Origin: Polyangiales bacterium | Lineage (GTDB): Bacteria > Myxococcota_A > Polyangia > Polyangiales > Houyiibacteriaceae | Assembly: GCA_049691835.1 (NCBI GenBank) | Contig: JBAVOF010000314.1 | Coordinates: 1-42,411 of the forward strand | Direction of reading: 5' to 3' | DNA length: 42,411 bases | In this document: piece after piece, positions 8,705 to 17,763 of the stretch | Layout: each line of letters starts with the position of its first letter | Position numbering within the stretch: position 1 is the stretch's first letter | Notes under the pieces: model-generated | Seen by the model: only the letters and a program-made list of their open reading frames with translations | What the model was told of the DNA's origin: nothing | Database searches by the model: none | Translations under genes and position numbers: made by a program

Positions 8705-9625
8705 TCAGAAGCCGTTCAAGGCGTCTACGACCTCGAATAGGTCACCGATGTCGTAGAAGTCGACGGCGACGAAGTTCGGAAGAGCGTTGCCCTCGTCCTG
8801 GCACTGCCTGGCGCGGTCGATGAACAATGGGTTGTAGTTGATCATCTCCGCGAGCTCGGCGCTGCCGCCTACTATCCCCGTCAGGAAGTGATTGAGGAGG
8901 AACAGTGGATTGGCCGGATTGCCACGGTTCGCGTCGCAAACGAGGTCTTCCGGACTTGAGAACGAAAACGGCGTCTCCCAGGCATTGTCCCAGATATTCA
9001 TCAACCATGGAAACTCCGGATCTTGTGGCTCTTTTTCTTGAAAGACCACGAGCCGGGTGTCCGCCGCGATCAGCTCGCTCAGCGTGGGCCACGGCTCGCC
9101 GAGCTCGTGAGCGTATACGAAGTCGATCAGGCCACTCTCATCGAAGGCCTCTGCCGTCTGGGAATGCGTGATGTAGTTTTCGAAGATGATCGACACGATT
9201 TCGTCGGGGTTCGCTTCGAGAAAGGCGGTGATCTCCGCGAGGCCATCCGTCAGGGGCTGCTTGCCCAAGGCGCACAACACGTGACAAAGCAGCAACTCGC
9301 CGTCCTCTTCGTAGGTGTCGAGCATCATTCCGCGAATGCCATCGTTGAGCTGCCGAGTGATGCCGAAGTCTTGGTTCGGAAACACCCATTCGGCTTCGGC
9401 GTTCGACATCGCGTTATGAGTCATCGGGAACGAGACCTCATCGAAGCGTCGGTCGCAGAGCTCTTCATGACCGTTGCACTTGGGGTTGGGGAGGGCCGCG
9501 TCGGGCTCCACGCTGCCGTCCATGCCGGCGTCGGTGTCGCCGATTGGGATTGCGCTGCTGCACGACGCGCAAAGCAGGGTCGCGAGCGCGACCGAAAGTG
9601 ATGGGCGTATCTCGATCATTGGCAT
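8705..9625 (-). CDS. Secreted (possibly lipoprotein) PI-PLC X-domain-like / PLC-like phosphodiesterase
   Basis: 306 aa. Signal peptide ...ALATLLCASCSS. FPMTHNAMSN...GIRGMMLDTYE...LLCH resembles the eukaryote-type PI-PLC X domain-containing proteins. The start lies 3 nt after the upstream gene's stop. Confidence 0.6.
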   Translation of the reverse strand: MPMIEIRPSLSVALATLLCASCSSAIPIGDTDAGMDGSVEPDAALPNPKCNGHEELCDRRFDEVSFPMTHNAMSNAEAEWVFPNQDFGITRQLNDGIRGMMLDTYEEDGELLLCHVLCALGKQPLTDGLAEITAFLEANPDEIVSIIFENYITHSQTAEAFDESGLIDFVYAHELGEPWPTLSELIAADTRLVVFQEKEPQDPEFPWLMNIWDNAWETPFSFSSPEDLVCDANRGNPANPLFLLNHFLTGIVGGSAELAEMINYNPLFIDRARQCQDEGNALPNFVAVDFYDIGDLFEVVDALNGF

Positions 9626-9628
9626 CCC

Positions 9629-11383
9629 TCAGTTTCCTGCACGCACGAGCCGTCCCGGACGCGCGCCGGTTAAGCGGCCATCTTTCGCGATTATCTCGCC
9701 GTTCACCAGCGTTGCGACATATCCACTCGCATGCTGCATCAGGCGCTGGCCCCCGGCTGGAAGGTCTTTGAGCATCGTGGGGTGCAGGAGCTGGAGGTTA
9801 TCGAAATCGATGATGTTCACATCGGCGCGGAGCCCCGGTGCAAGGAGGCCGCGGTCGGTCAGGCCGATGAACCTCGATGTATCGTGGGCCTGCATCTGAA
9901 TGATGCGCTCCAGGGGGATGCGGCCGCGTTCACGGTCCCGCGCCCAGTGCGTCATCAGGAAGGTGGTGAAGCTCGCGTCGCAGATCGTCCCGACGTGCGC
10001 GCCCCCGTCACTCAAACCTGGTAGGGCGAGGGGGTGTGTGAGCATCTCGTGCACGGCGTCCAGGTTCATGCCCGTGTAGTTGTAGACCGGGAAATAGAGA
10101 AGTGCTTCGCCATCCTGTTCGAGCATGGCATCGTAGATCAAGCCCAGCACAGGCTCGCCCCGGCTCATCGCCGCCGCCCCAAAGCTTTCGCGAGAGGACG
10201 GCTCGTAGTTGGGCTTCTCTCCCAGGCGGAACAGGCGCATCGCGACCATCTCGAGGTTGGATAGAAAGAAATCAGCCAATGGCGGGAGCATGCTGCCGTC
10301 CCCGGCCACGGGTTCGCTCTTCTCCCGAATCATGCGCGCCTTGATCTCCGGATTGCGCATGGCCTTCACGCGCTCGGGAAGCGGCAACTGGCTGATCGCC
10401 TTGTAACTCGGGAACCCCATGAACGGATGAAACGTGGCTTGGAGCCCCAACATCACGCCGATCCCGCGCGCGCCGACCTGGCAACGAACCTCCAAGCCCT
10501 TCTCGCCGGCCTTGGTAGCGTGGTCGAGGATCCACCTCCACTGGTCAGGACTGTGATCGCGCTGCATCGTCGAAACGCTCATCGGACGTCCGCCGGCTGC
10601 ACCGAGCATCTGCTCCAGCACTGCCCACTCGGTTTCGAAGTTCTCGTCGCCGTGCAAGACGTTGAAGTCGCTCACCGCTTGCAGCACGCCATGACGCAAG
10701 CCCACGAAGGCTTTTGCGATCCCTGCAAGCTCCTCACCGGCCGCTTCGGAGGCGGGAGTCCAATCACCAACCGCGCTCCGGTGGTTGTCGCTGCGCCCGG
10801 TGCTGAAACCAATCGCCCCGGCTTCCAGAGCGATGCGAAGGAGCCGGCGCATCTCGGCGATGTCCTGCTGTGTCGCCGGTTTGTCGTGCGCCGCACGCTC
10901 GCCCATCACATACACCCGCAGTGCATCGTGGGGAACGTGGGCGAGGAAGTCGATCGTATGCGGCATCCGATCGAGAACGTCCATGTATTCAGGAAAGCTC
11001 TCCCAGCCCCAGGTGATCCCCTCGGAGAGGGCGGACCCCGGAATATCCTCGACCCCCTCCATCAACTCGATCAGCTTGGCATGGTCCGTCGGCCGAACCG
11101 GCGCGAAACCGACACCGCAACTGCCCATCGCACAGGTCGTCACACCGTGAATCGACGAGGGTGCGAGCTCCTGGTCCCAGCTGATCTGTCCGTCGTAGTG
11201 GGTGTGGATATCGACGAAGCCCGGCGCTACGATGGCGCCGCTCGCGTCGATCGTTTCGGCAGCCTGCTCGCTGCATCGTCCAACGGCGACGATTTTGCCG
11301 TCCTTGATGCCAACGTCACCCGTGTACCGGTCCCTGCCGCTTCCGTCTACGAGTGTCCCGGCTACGATCTTCAGATCATACAT
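9629..11383 (-). CDS. N-acyl-D-amino-acid deacylase (D-aminoacylase) family amidohydrolase
   Basis: 584 aa. The N-terminus MYDLKIVAGTLVDGSG...DVGIKDGKIVAVG...IDASGAIVAPGFVDIHTHYD is the classic D-aminoacylase/amidohydrolase metal-binding start. Confidence 0.8.
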   Translation of the reverse strand: MYDLKIVAGTLVDGSGRDRYTGDVGIKDGKIVAVGRCSEQAAETIDASGAIVAPGFVDIHTHYDGQISWDQELAPSSIHGVTTCAMGSCGVGFAPVRPTDHAKLIELMEGVEDIPGSALSEGITWGWESFPEYMDVLDRMPHTIDFLAHVPHDALRVYVMGERAAHDKPATQQDIAEMRRLLRIALEAGAIGFSTGRSDNHRSAVGDWTPASEAAGEELAGIAKAFVGLRHGVLQAVSDFNVLHGDENFETEWAVLEQMLGAAGGRPMSVSTMQRDHSPDQWRWILDHATKAGEKGLEVRCQVGARGIGVMLGLQATFHPFMGFPSYKAISQLPLPERVKAMRNPEIKARMIREKSEPVAGDGSMLPPLADFFLSNLEMVAMRLFRLGEKPNYEPSSRESFGAAAMSRGEPVLGLIYDAMLEQDGEALLYFPVYNYTGMNLDAVHEMLTHPLALPGLSDGGAHVGTICDASFTTFLMTHWARDRERGRIPLERIIQMQAHDTSRFIGLTDRGLLAPGLRADVNIIDFDNLQLLHPTMLKDLPAGGQRLMQHASGYVATLVNGEIIAKDGRLTGARPGRLVRAGN

Positions 11384-11398
11384 GTGAGTGCTCCAAGC

Positions 11399-12160
11399 TC
11401 AAAGCAGTTGGGTACTATATCTGACGAGAAGCGAGATTGCAGCCGCGATGAGAAGCACCAAAACCGCCATTTTGAAGCTTCGTTCGTCGACTTTGTGATG
11501 TATCCACTCGCCCAGCAAGATGCCGAACGGCACTGTCGGAGCGAGCATCAGCACGTCGAGAAGCGCGTCTTGGTCATAGTCTCCGGCGGTCACGAAGCGC
11601 ACGATCAGGATGGTGTTGAGCACGATCCACACCGTGCTCAGCGTGCTCCGAAAGACTTTCTTGGAGAGCCCTTCGCGTCCGAGCGCGTAGACCACCATTG
11701 GGCCGCCGGAGGCGTAAATGCCGTGAATCACGCCTGCCGCAATCAAAGCCCCGACCGAAGCAGACTTCGAGACCGGCCTATCGGGGGCGGCGCTGTCGAC
11801 CCGAAGGCGGCGCAGATCTCGCGACGCCAGACTGAGCACGATCAATCCAAACGTCAGGCCGAGCCACGGCCCACCGACCTGCCTCAGAAGGTAGAACGCC
11901 AAGCCCATGCCGAGGCCCATCAAGGGGAGAACCCGTTGGAGCAGCAAGCGCCAATCGATCGCATCGCGATGGCGCATCACGATGTAACCGGTCTGGAGAA
12001 ACGAGATGGGCACAACGAGGCGAACGACCTGCTCCAGGCCGATCAGGTGAGCGCCCAATGTCACGCAAATCAGCGTGGCTCCAAACCCCGTCGCTGTCTG
12101 TACCGCATAGGCAGCGACCACGATCAGGGCGAAGGCGAGGAATGCGAGATCAATCGTCAC
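11399..12160 (-). CDS. Sulfite/sulfonate exporter TauE/SafE family membrane protein
   Basis: 253 aa with a GTG start and about 7-8 TM segments. N-terminus LAFLAFALIVVAAYAVQTATGFGATL, and a second half with a GGPMVVYAL-type repeat. It lies 15 nt upstream of the next gene. Confidence 0.7.
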   Translation of the reverse strand: MTIDLAFLAFALIVVAAYAVQTATGFGATLICVTLGAHLIGLEQVVRLVVPISFLQTGYIVMRHRDAIDWRLLLQRVLPLMGLGMGLAFYLLRQVGGPWLGLTFGLIVLSLASRDLRRLRVDSAAPDRPVSKSASVGALIAAGVIHGIYASGGPMVVYALGREGLSKKVFRSTLSTVWIVLNTILIVRFVTAGDYDQDALLDVLMLAPTVPFGILLGEWIHHKVDERSFKMAVLVLLIAAAISLLVRYSTQLL

Positions 12161-12249
12161 GTCGGCGTTCCGGCCCAGAGCTTCCTACAGGGTTTCCCTG
12201 CGTCCGTACAGGTTGGTGTCTCGTACGTATTCGTGGCAGGCATACCCCC

Positions 12250-13428
12250 ATGGACCTGACGTTCACCGAGGAAGAGGAAGCCTTTCGCCGAGAGGTTCGC
12301 GCCTGGATCGAAGAAGCCATGCCCGAGGAGATGCGCAGACGGGCTCGAGGCTCAGGCGGATTCACCCCCGAGGACTCCGCCACCTGGCACAGAATTCTCT
12401 ACGAGAAGGGCTGGGTCGCCCCCCATTGGCCGAAGGAGGCGGGGGGGACGGGTTGGGATGCCGCGCGGCAGTTCATCTTCAACGAGGAGATGGAGCTTGC
12501 GGGGGCTCCGCAGCTCTCGGTGTTTGGGCTCTCGATGGTTGGTCCGCTGATCATCAGCTTCGGTACCGATTCCCAGAAGCAGCGCTTCCTCCCGAAGATC
12601 CTCAGTGCCGAGGAGTTCTGGTGTCAAGGCTACTCCGAGCCGGGTTCTGGAAGCGACCTCGCGTCGCTGCGTACGACCGCCGAGGACGCGGGCGATCACT
12701 TCATCGTCAATGGGCAGAAGACATGGACGTCGTACGCTCAATACGCCGATTGGATCTTCTGCCTCGTTCGAACGGACTCAGCAGTGAAGAAGCAAGCGGG
12801 AATCACGTTCTTGCTCATCGACCTGAAGAGCCCGGGCATCGAAGTGAAGCCCATGTTGACGCTAGGCCACACTCCTGCATTCTGCGACACCTTTTTCGAG
12901 AATGTGAGAGTTCCGAAAGAGAACGTGGTTGGGGGGATCAATCAGGGCTGGACGATGGCCAAGGCGCTGCTCGGCCACGAGCGCACCATGCTCGCGATGA
13001 TCGGCCCATGCCGCAACGTGCTCCAGAAGGTGAAGCGAATCGCGGCAACTAGGGCGATCGATGGCCGCCCGATGCTGGAACATCCGGTTTGGAGCGCCAA
13101 GGTCGCCCGCTTGGAGATGCGTTTTCGCGCGCACCTCATGGTGAGTTATCGGGCGCTGGCCGATCAACAGAAGGGAAAGATGCCGGGCCCGGAGTCTTCC
13201 ATCTTGAAATTGGTTGGCACCAAGCTCATTCAGGAGCTCACCGAGCTCGCGATGGAGGTCTTGGGCGAGAGCTCTCTCACCTGGTACAACGAGGGCCTTT
13301 GCCCGCCCATCGAGGAATCGATAGGGCCCTATTTTTGCTACGAGCGCGCCGCGACGATTTACGGAGGTTCCAACGAGATCCAGCGCAACGTGATCGCCAA
13401 GCTGATCCTCCAGCTACCGAGCGTGTGA
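12250..13428 (+). CDS. Acyl-CoA dehydrogenase family protein (catalytic-type subunit)
   Basis: Track ORF 12058..13428 trimmed to ATG 12250 (MDLTFTEEEEAFRREVRAWI..., a typical ACAD start). Also QGYSEPGSGSDLASL and IYGGSNEIQRNVIA. Confidence 0.85.
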   Translation: MDLTFTEEEEAFRREVRAWIEEAMPEEMRRRARGSGGFTPEDSATWHRILYEKGWVAPHWPKEAGGTGWDAARQFIFNEEMELAGAPQLSVFGLSMVGPLIISFGTDSQKQRFLPKILSAEEFWCQGYSEPGSGSDLASLRTTAEDAGDHFIVNGQKTWTSYAQYADWIFCLVRTDSAVKKQAGITFLLIDLKSPGIEVKPMLTLGHTPAFCDTFFENVRVPKENVVGGINQGWTMAKALLGHERTMLAMIGPCRNVLQKVKRIAATRAIDGRPMLEHPVWSAKVARLEMRFRAHLMVSYRALADQQKGKMPGPESSILKLVGTKLIQELTELAMEVLGESSLTWYNEGLCPPIEESIGPYFCYERAATIYGGSNEIQRNVIAKLILQLPSV

Positions 13429-13458
13429 GCGGCGGGCTGAGCCAGGAGAGAAGTGTAG

Positions 13459-14595
13459 ATGGATTTCGAGCTCGACCAAGACCAACGGATGCTTGCTGCA
13501 ACAGTGTCCGAATTCGCCAGGAACGAGTCACCCGTCGAGCGATTCCGCCGGCTTCGTGATGACGACATCGGCTACGAGCCTGCCGTTTGGCGGAAGATGG
13601 GTGAGCTCGGATGGCTCGGGGTTCCGTTCTCCGAATCGGTCGGCGGCTTTGGAGGGAGCTTCATCGAGTGCGCAATCGTTCTCGAGAAGCTCGCGAGCAC
13701 CTTGGTGCCGGAACCGTATCTAGCCTCGGTCGTGCTCGGCGGGATGACTCTGGCGCGCGCCGGGAATCTCGCACAGCACGAGGAGTACTTGACGCCGATG
13801 ATCGAGGGTGAAACTACGCTCGCGCTCGCCTACGCCGAGCCCCAGAGTCGCTATGAAGTCTGTTCGATCCAGACGTTCGCGACTCCCTCTGGCCGGGGAT
13901 ACACTCTGTCGGGAGAGAAAACTTGGGTTCTCAACGGGCATCATGCCGATCACCTCATCGTGTCCGCCAAGTCTCCTGGAGGCGTAACGCTGTTTCTCGT
14001 GCCGCGAAACGCAGAAGGCGTGACGGTGTCGGTTGCCCAAACGATCGACGGCCGAAAAGCCGCGTTCATCGCGTTCGACGATGTGACTGTTTCCGACGCA
14101 GCGCGCCTTGGCGCAGAGGGCGCCGGAGCTGCGATCCTCGACCGAATCATGGACTATGCTGCCGCGGCCGCGGTCGCGGAAAGTGTTGGGATTGCGAGCA
14201 CGATGCTTCGCATGACGGTCGATTACCTCGGCACCCGCGAGCAATTTGGAGCGAAGATTGGTTCGTTTCAGGCACTGCAACACCGCGCCGTCGACATGTA
14301 CGCGGAAACGGAGCTCCTTCGCTCGATCTCGATGGCCGCCATGGTTCGGGCCGACGACGAGCAGGCGAGCGCCCGCCGTGCGGACGTCTCCGCAGCGAAG
14401 TACCAGCTTGCCACCGGCGGAATCTGGGTCGCTCAGCAATCCCTTCAACTGCACGGCGGCATCGGTGTGACTGACGAGCACGACATAGGGCTCTATTTCA
14501 AGAGGATGTACGCGTTGAATGCGCTTTTCGGCGATCAGGAATACCACGTCGCACGGTTTGCGGCTGAACCTTCGTTTAGCCAAGGCTGGCTCTGA
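13459..14595 (+). CDS. Acyl-CoA dehydrogenase family protein (partner subunit; lacks a Glu at both canonical catalytic-base positions by eye)
   Basis: 378 aa. MDFELDQDQRMLAATVSEFA..., QLHGGIGVTDEHDIGLYFKR. AGGAGAG lies 8 nt upstream of the ATG, which is 30 nt after the previous ACAD gene. Confidence 0.8.
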   Translation: MDFELDQDQRMLAATVSEFARNESPVERFRRLRDDDIGYEPAVWRKMGELGWLGVPFSESVGGFGGSFIECAIVLEKLASTLVPEPYLASVVLGGMTLARAGNLAQHEEYLTPMIEGETTLALAYAEPQSRYEVCSIQTFATPSGRGYTLSGEKTWVLNGHHADHLIVSAKSPGGVTLFLVPRNAEGVTVSVAQTIDGRKAAFIAFDDVTVSDAARLGAEGAGAAILDRIMDYAAAAAVAESVGIASTMLRMTVDYLGTREQFGAKIGSFQALQHRAVDMYAETELLRSISMAAMVRADDEQASARRADVSAAKYQLATGGIWVAQQSLQLHGGIGVTDEHDIGLYFKRMYALNALFGDQEYHVARFAAEPSFSQGWL

Positions 14596-14645
14596 GACTC
14601 GCCTTGGGCATGGCAAATCCGTGGCGCCGGCTCTAGATTCCAACG

Positions 14646-15128
14646 ATGCCAGACATCGGCTGGAAGGATCTCGAGGCGATCAAACGCTTGAAGTACAAGT
14701 ACCAGCGCTGCCTCGATACGAAGCAATGGGACGAGCTTCGCGACTGTTTCACCGAGGATGCCAAGGCGGCATATAGCGGCGGGAAATTCTCTTTCGAAGG
14801 CCGCGACGCCATCTTGAGATTTCTGAGGGGCGCGATGGGCGCGGACAGCTTCCACTCGAGTCACATGGTCAGTCAACCGGAGATCGACTTCGTCGATGAG
14901 CGCAACGCGACCGGGCGTTGGTGCCTCCGGGACTACGTCGTCGACACGAGCTTCGACATGATCGTCCGGGGAGCTGCGTTCTACGAAGACGAGTATCGCA
15001 AAGGTGACGACGGCGCTTGGCGAATCGCCAAGACAGGTTACCAGCGCACCTACGAAGAGATGTTCCCGCGGAAGTCGATCGAAGGGATGACGCTCACCGA
15101 GAGCCGATGGCAGCCCAAGGGGCAATGA
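14646..15128 (+). CDS. NTF2-like / SnoaL-like domain protein
   Basis: 160 aa. IKRLKYKYQRCLDTKQWDELRDCFTEDA... and ...GAWRIAKTGY are typical of SnoaL_4/NTF2-fold proteins found next to ACAD pairs. Confidence 0.65.
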   Translation: MPDIGWKDLEAIKRLKYKYQRCLDTKQWDELRDCFTEDAKAAYSGGKFSFEGRDAILRFLRGAMGADSFHSSHMVSQPEIDFVDERNATGRWCLRDYVVDTSFDMIVRGAAFYEDEYRKGDDGAWRIAKTGYQRTYEEMFPRKSIEGMTLTESRWQPKGQ

Positions 15129-15153
15129 AGCCACTGGCGTTCACTGCTGCTGA

Positions 15154-15669
15154 TCAGTCGTGAACGGTGATTTTGATCATCTGCACCGGGGTGACAGGGC
15201 GGTCACCCGCGCCTGTGCGCGTCTTCTCGATTTTCTGGATCACGTCCATGCCACTGACGACTTTGCCGAACACCGGGTGCTTCGATGCGCCCGGGGTGAA
15301 CCAATCCAGGTATTGATTGTGCACCGTATTGATGAAGAACTGACAGCCGCCACTGTTTGGACGACCCGTATTGGCCATCGCTAACGTGCCCGGCTCGTTG
15401 GAGAGCTTTGCGTTTGCCGGATGCTCGTCTTGGATGCAGCCCTTGGGACTGTCACCAGTGCCGGCCCTCGGGCTGTTGGGGTCGCGGCTATGGGGACAGC
15501 CAAACTGAACCATGAAGCCTTCGATGACGCGGTGAAAGTGAAGCCCATCGTAGAAGCCGCTCTTGGCGAGCTCGATGAAGTTGCCCGCCGTCGTCGGCAT
15601 CAGGTCGGTGAACAGCTCGACCTCGACGTTTCCAAGTGAGGTCTCCAGGGTTGCGGTCGGGTTCGTCAT
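15154..15669 (-). CDS. ppiB: Peptidyl-prolyl cis-trans isomerase, cyclophilin type
   Basis: 171 aa. [51 protein letters not shown]. Confidence 0.9.
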   Translation of the reverse strand: MTNPTATLETSLGNVEVELFTDLMPTTAGNFIELAKSGFYDGLHFHRVIEGFMVQFGCPHSRDPNSPRAGTGDSPKGCIQDEHPANAKLSNEPGTLAMANTGRPNSGGCQFFINTVHNQYLDWFTPGASKHPVFGKVVSGMDVIQKIEKTRTGAGDRPVTPVQMIKITVHD

Positions 15670-15681
15670 GGCAGAGGCCTA

Positions 15682-17661
15682 TCAGCTTTCGTTGCTACCG
15701 TCACCCTGAGGCGCGGCCAGTGCGTTGCAGACGCCGATCAAACCAGCGGCCGCCTGCTCGAGCCCCGTCGCCGAGACGTTCGCCTCCGCCGCTTCGAGCT
15801 GAGTGTCGAGACTGGCGGCCTCAGCGGTGTCTAGATCGCCTTCGGAATCGGCCCGGGCAATTGCAGCCCGGCTTTGGGCGATAAGCGCCCGAATCTGCAG
15901 CATGTCCTCAGCCGCGGAGGCTGGGGCTGAGTCGACGATCGTGGCGGCATTTCGTGCGCGAACGCCGGCCGCGCAGCTTGCGTCCTGCGCAAGCAGGTCG
16001 TTGCGAACGGGCCTGTAGCGCGATATTCCGCCGATGACATTGGCGGCCAGGTCTGGAAAAAGCGCCTTACCCGAGACGCGACGCACTGGTGAGCTCGCCG
16101 TGTAGATCCCGCCATCGGGCGCAACGCTCGTGACCGCAATCGACTCCTCGCGGCCCTCCGCAAAGGAACGAAGCTCGCCCGTTTCTCGATCGAGAAGGCC
16201 CACCCCGACTTTCAACATGACCTCTCGATCACTGACGAGCTTTCCTCCACCGACGCTGACCGCGATCCCGTTGGCGGTGATGGTTGGCGTCAGAGCTTGG
16301 AACTCGACTTCGATGTCTGGGTCGTCCGCAAAGGCGTCGAAGGTGGCCTTCCAATCGAGGGTCGCACTGGTCTCATGGTCGCTCAGTTTGAAGACGTCGC
16401 GACGGGTCACCACGAATATCTCGCCGTTGTCCGGCGAAACCGCTACGGATGCCGCCAAGGGTTCGCCCACGTCGTACCGCCAGAGCTCGTCCAGGTCACT
16501 ATCCAGCGCGATCACATTGCCGAGGTTGTCAGAGACGAATACTTTGCGGCCGTCTTCACTGATCGTCGGGGTGGAGCCCGTCCCTCCCACGAAAGTGGCG
16601 TCGTTGAGAACCTGGAACTTCAGGCCGCCGTTTCCGTCGTCGATCAAGTCGACCGAGTAAATGGCTCCTAAGTCGGACACCCCGTCCTCCGTACCGTCAG
16701 CCGCGTCATCAGCGGTTGCCGCTACATACATGAGGCCGGTGTTCGGATCGATGCCGAAGTAGTTCGTCACGACCGAACCCCCGCCGAAGATGACGTCGAC
16801 GATGAGCGACCAGAAGCTCAGGCCGCTCGGGGTCTTGCCGAAGACGGCATCCGTCAGCTGGTTGCTTGCGTCGATCACGAACTGGGGAAACGTGACCTCC
16901 ACGCTCGCCGCGGGTGACCCTGGGATTTGTCCGATGGGCGCTATGCGCGTGCCCGTTGCGCGATCGAAAGCGAGCATCTCGCCGTTCATGGTAAGCCCCA
17001 CCACCGAATCGGTTTGCGGGTGATAGTTGAAACCGAACGAGTGAGTGGTGGAGCGCTCTCCTGGGACGACCGGCGGTAGTGTCAATCCGGTCGCCACTCT
17101 CCAGATCTCGCTGCCGTCAGGCTTCAGAGCCATCGCTTCGGTGAAAGTCAGGTGGTAGATGACCTGCTGCCCAGGGTTGTCGGGATCGTTCAGTATCAGG
17201 ATCGCCCCACTTCCCGCGTTGCTTCCATTGCCCTGAATCTCCCAGTTGCGTTCTCCCGTCGCAGCATCCAGCGACACCAGCGACACGTCTTCCTGTGGGA
17301 ACAATGGGCTGAAGTAGAGATTTCCCTCGTTGTCATACGTGGGACCTTCCGCAACGTAGAAGCTGGTTTCAGCGGTCCACGCGAGCTCCATCTTTGGAGC
17401 CGTGGCGATCCAGACGTTGTCGCCGTTGTTGGGCCCCACGTGCATCGTGTGAAAAGCATTGGGCTCGGGAATGATCCCGTAATCGTAGTTGCCGACCGTT
17501 CTGGCGCCCACGGGGGTCCAGGCGGTCACCGTTGGCGGCACTTGTTCGCCACATCCCGCCGTGGGCCCGTCGGCACAGGGCTCCGTGGAAGTGCATCCGA
17601 AGGCTGCGATCGAGCATAGACCCGCCACGAGCGCGAGCGGTTTCCGCGACTTGTCTCTCAT
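15682..17661 (-). CDS. Lipoprotein with PQQ-like beta-propeller repeats and an Ala-rich helical C-terminal tail
   Basis: 659 aa. Signal peptide plus lipobox ALVAGLCSIAAFGC. Repeated 'D..tGe..W' blades (DAATGERNWEI, PDGSEIWRV, DRATGTRIA, DLDELWRYDV). Its stop lies 12 nt upstream of the ppiB start. Confidence 0.55.
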   Translation of the reverse strand: MRDKSRKPLALVAGLCSIAAFGCTSTEPCADGPTAGCGEQVPPTVTAWTPVGARTVGNYDYGIIPEPNAFHTMHVGPNNGDNVWIATAPKMELAWTAETSFYVAEGPTYDNEGNLYFSPLFPQEDVSLVSLDAATGERNWEIQGNGSNAGSGAILILNDPDNPGQQVIYHLTFTEAMALKPDGSEIWRVATGLTLPPVVPGERSTTHSFGFNYHPQTDSVVGLTMNGEMLAFDRATGTRIAPIGQIPGSPAASVEVTFPQFVIDASNQLTDAVFGKTPSGLSFWSLIVDVIFGGGSVVTNYFGIDPNTGLMYVAATADDAADGTEDGVSDLGAIYSVDLIDDGNGGLKFQVLNDATFVGGTGSTPTISEDGRKVFVSDNLGNVIALDSDLDELWRYDVGEPLAASVAVSPDNGEIFVVTRRDVFKLSDHETSATLDWKATFDAFADDPDIEVEFQALTPTITANGIAVSVGGGKLVSDREVMLKVGVGLLDRETGELRSFAEGREESIAVTSVAPDGGIYTASSPVRRVSGKALFPDLAANVIGGISRYRPVRNDLLAQDASCAAGVRARNAATIVDSAPASAAEDMLQIRALIAQSRAAIARADSEGDLDTAEAASLDTQLEAAEANVSATGLEQAAAGLIGVCNALAAPQGDGSNES

Positions 17662-17763
17662 TTAAGCCACCGTTTCCAAAGCCCGAAGGGTAGCAGCTTC
17701 CTCCTTCCAAGCGACCCGGAGGAGACGGGCGTTTAGCGGCGTTGCTTCCATGGCTCAGCGTCC

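Noticed and set aside
10427-12259. A 610-aa plus-strand ORF, the longest unassigned ORF in the track.
   Set aside because: It lies entirely antisense to the well-supported D-aminoacylase and TauE genes and reads straight through their intergenic gap. It is rich in Arg/His/Pro/Gly and has no recognisable motif. This is the typical stop-codon-poor antisense frame of high-GC DNA.
17662-17763. A small CCC-ttc-GGG hairpin followed by CTTT after the symporter stop, as a possible terminator.
   Set aside because: The stem is only 3-4 bp, which is too weak to call.
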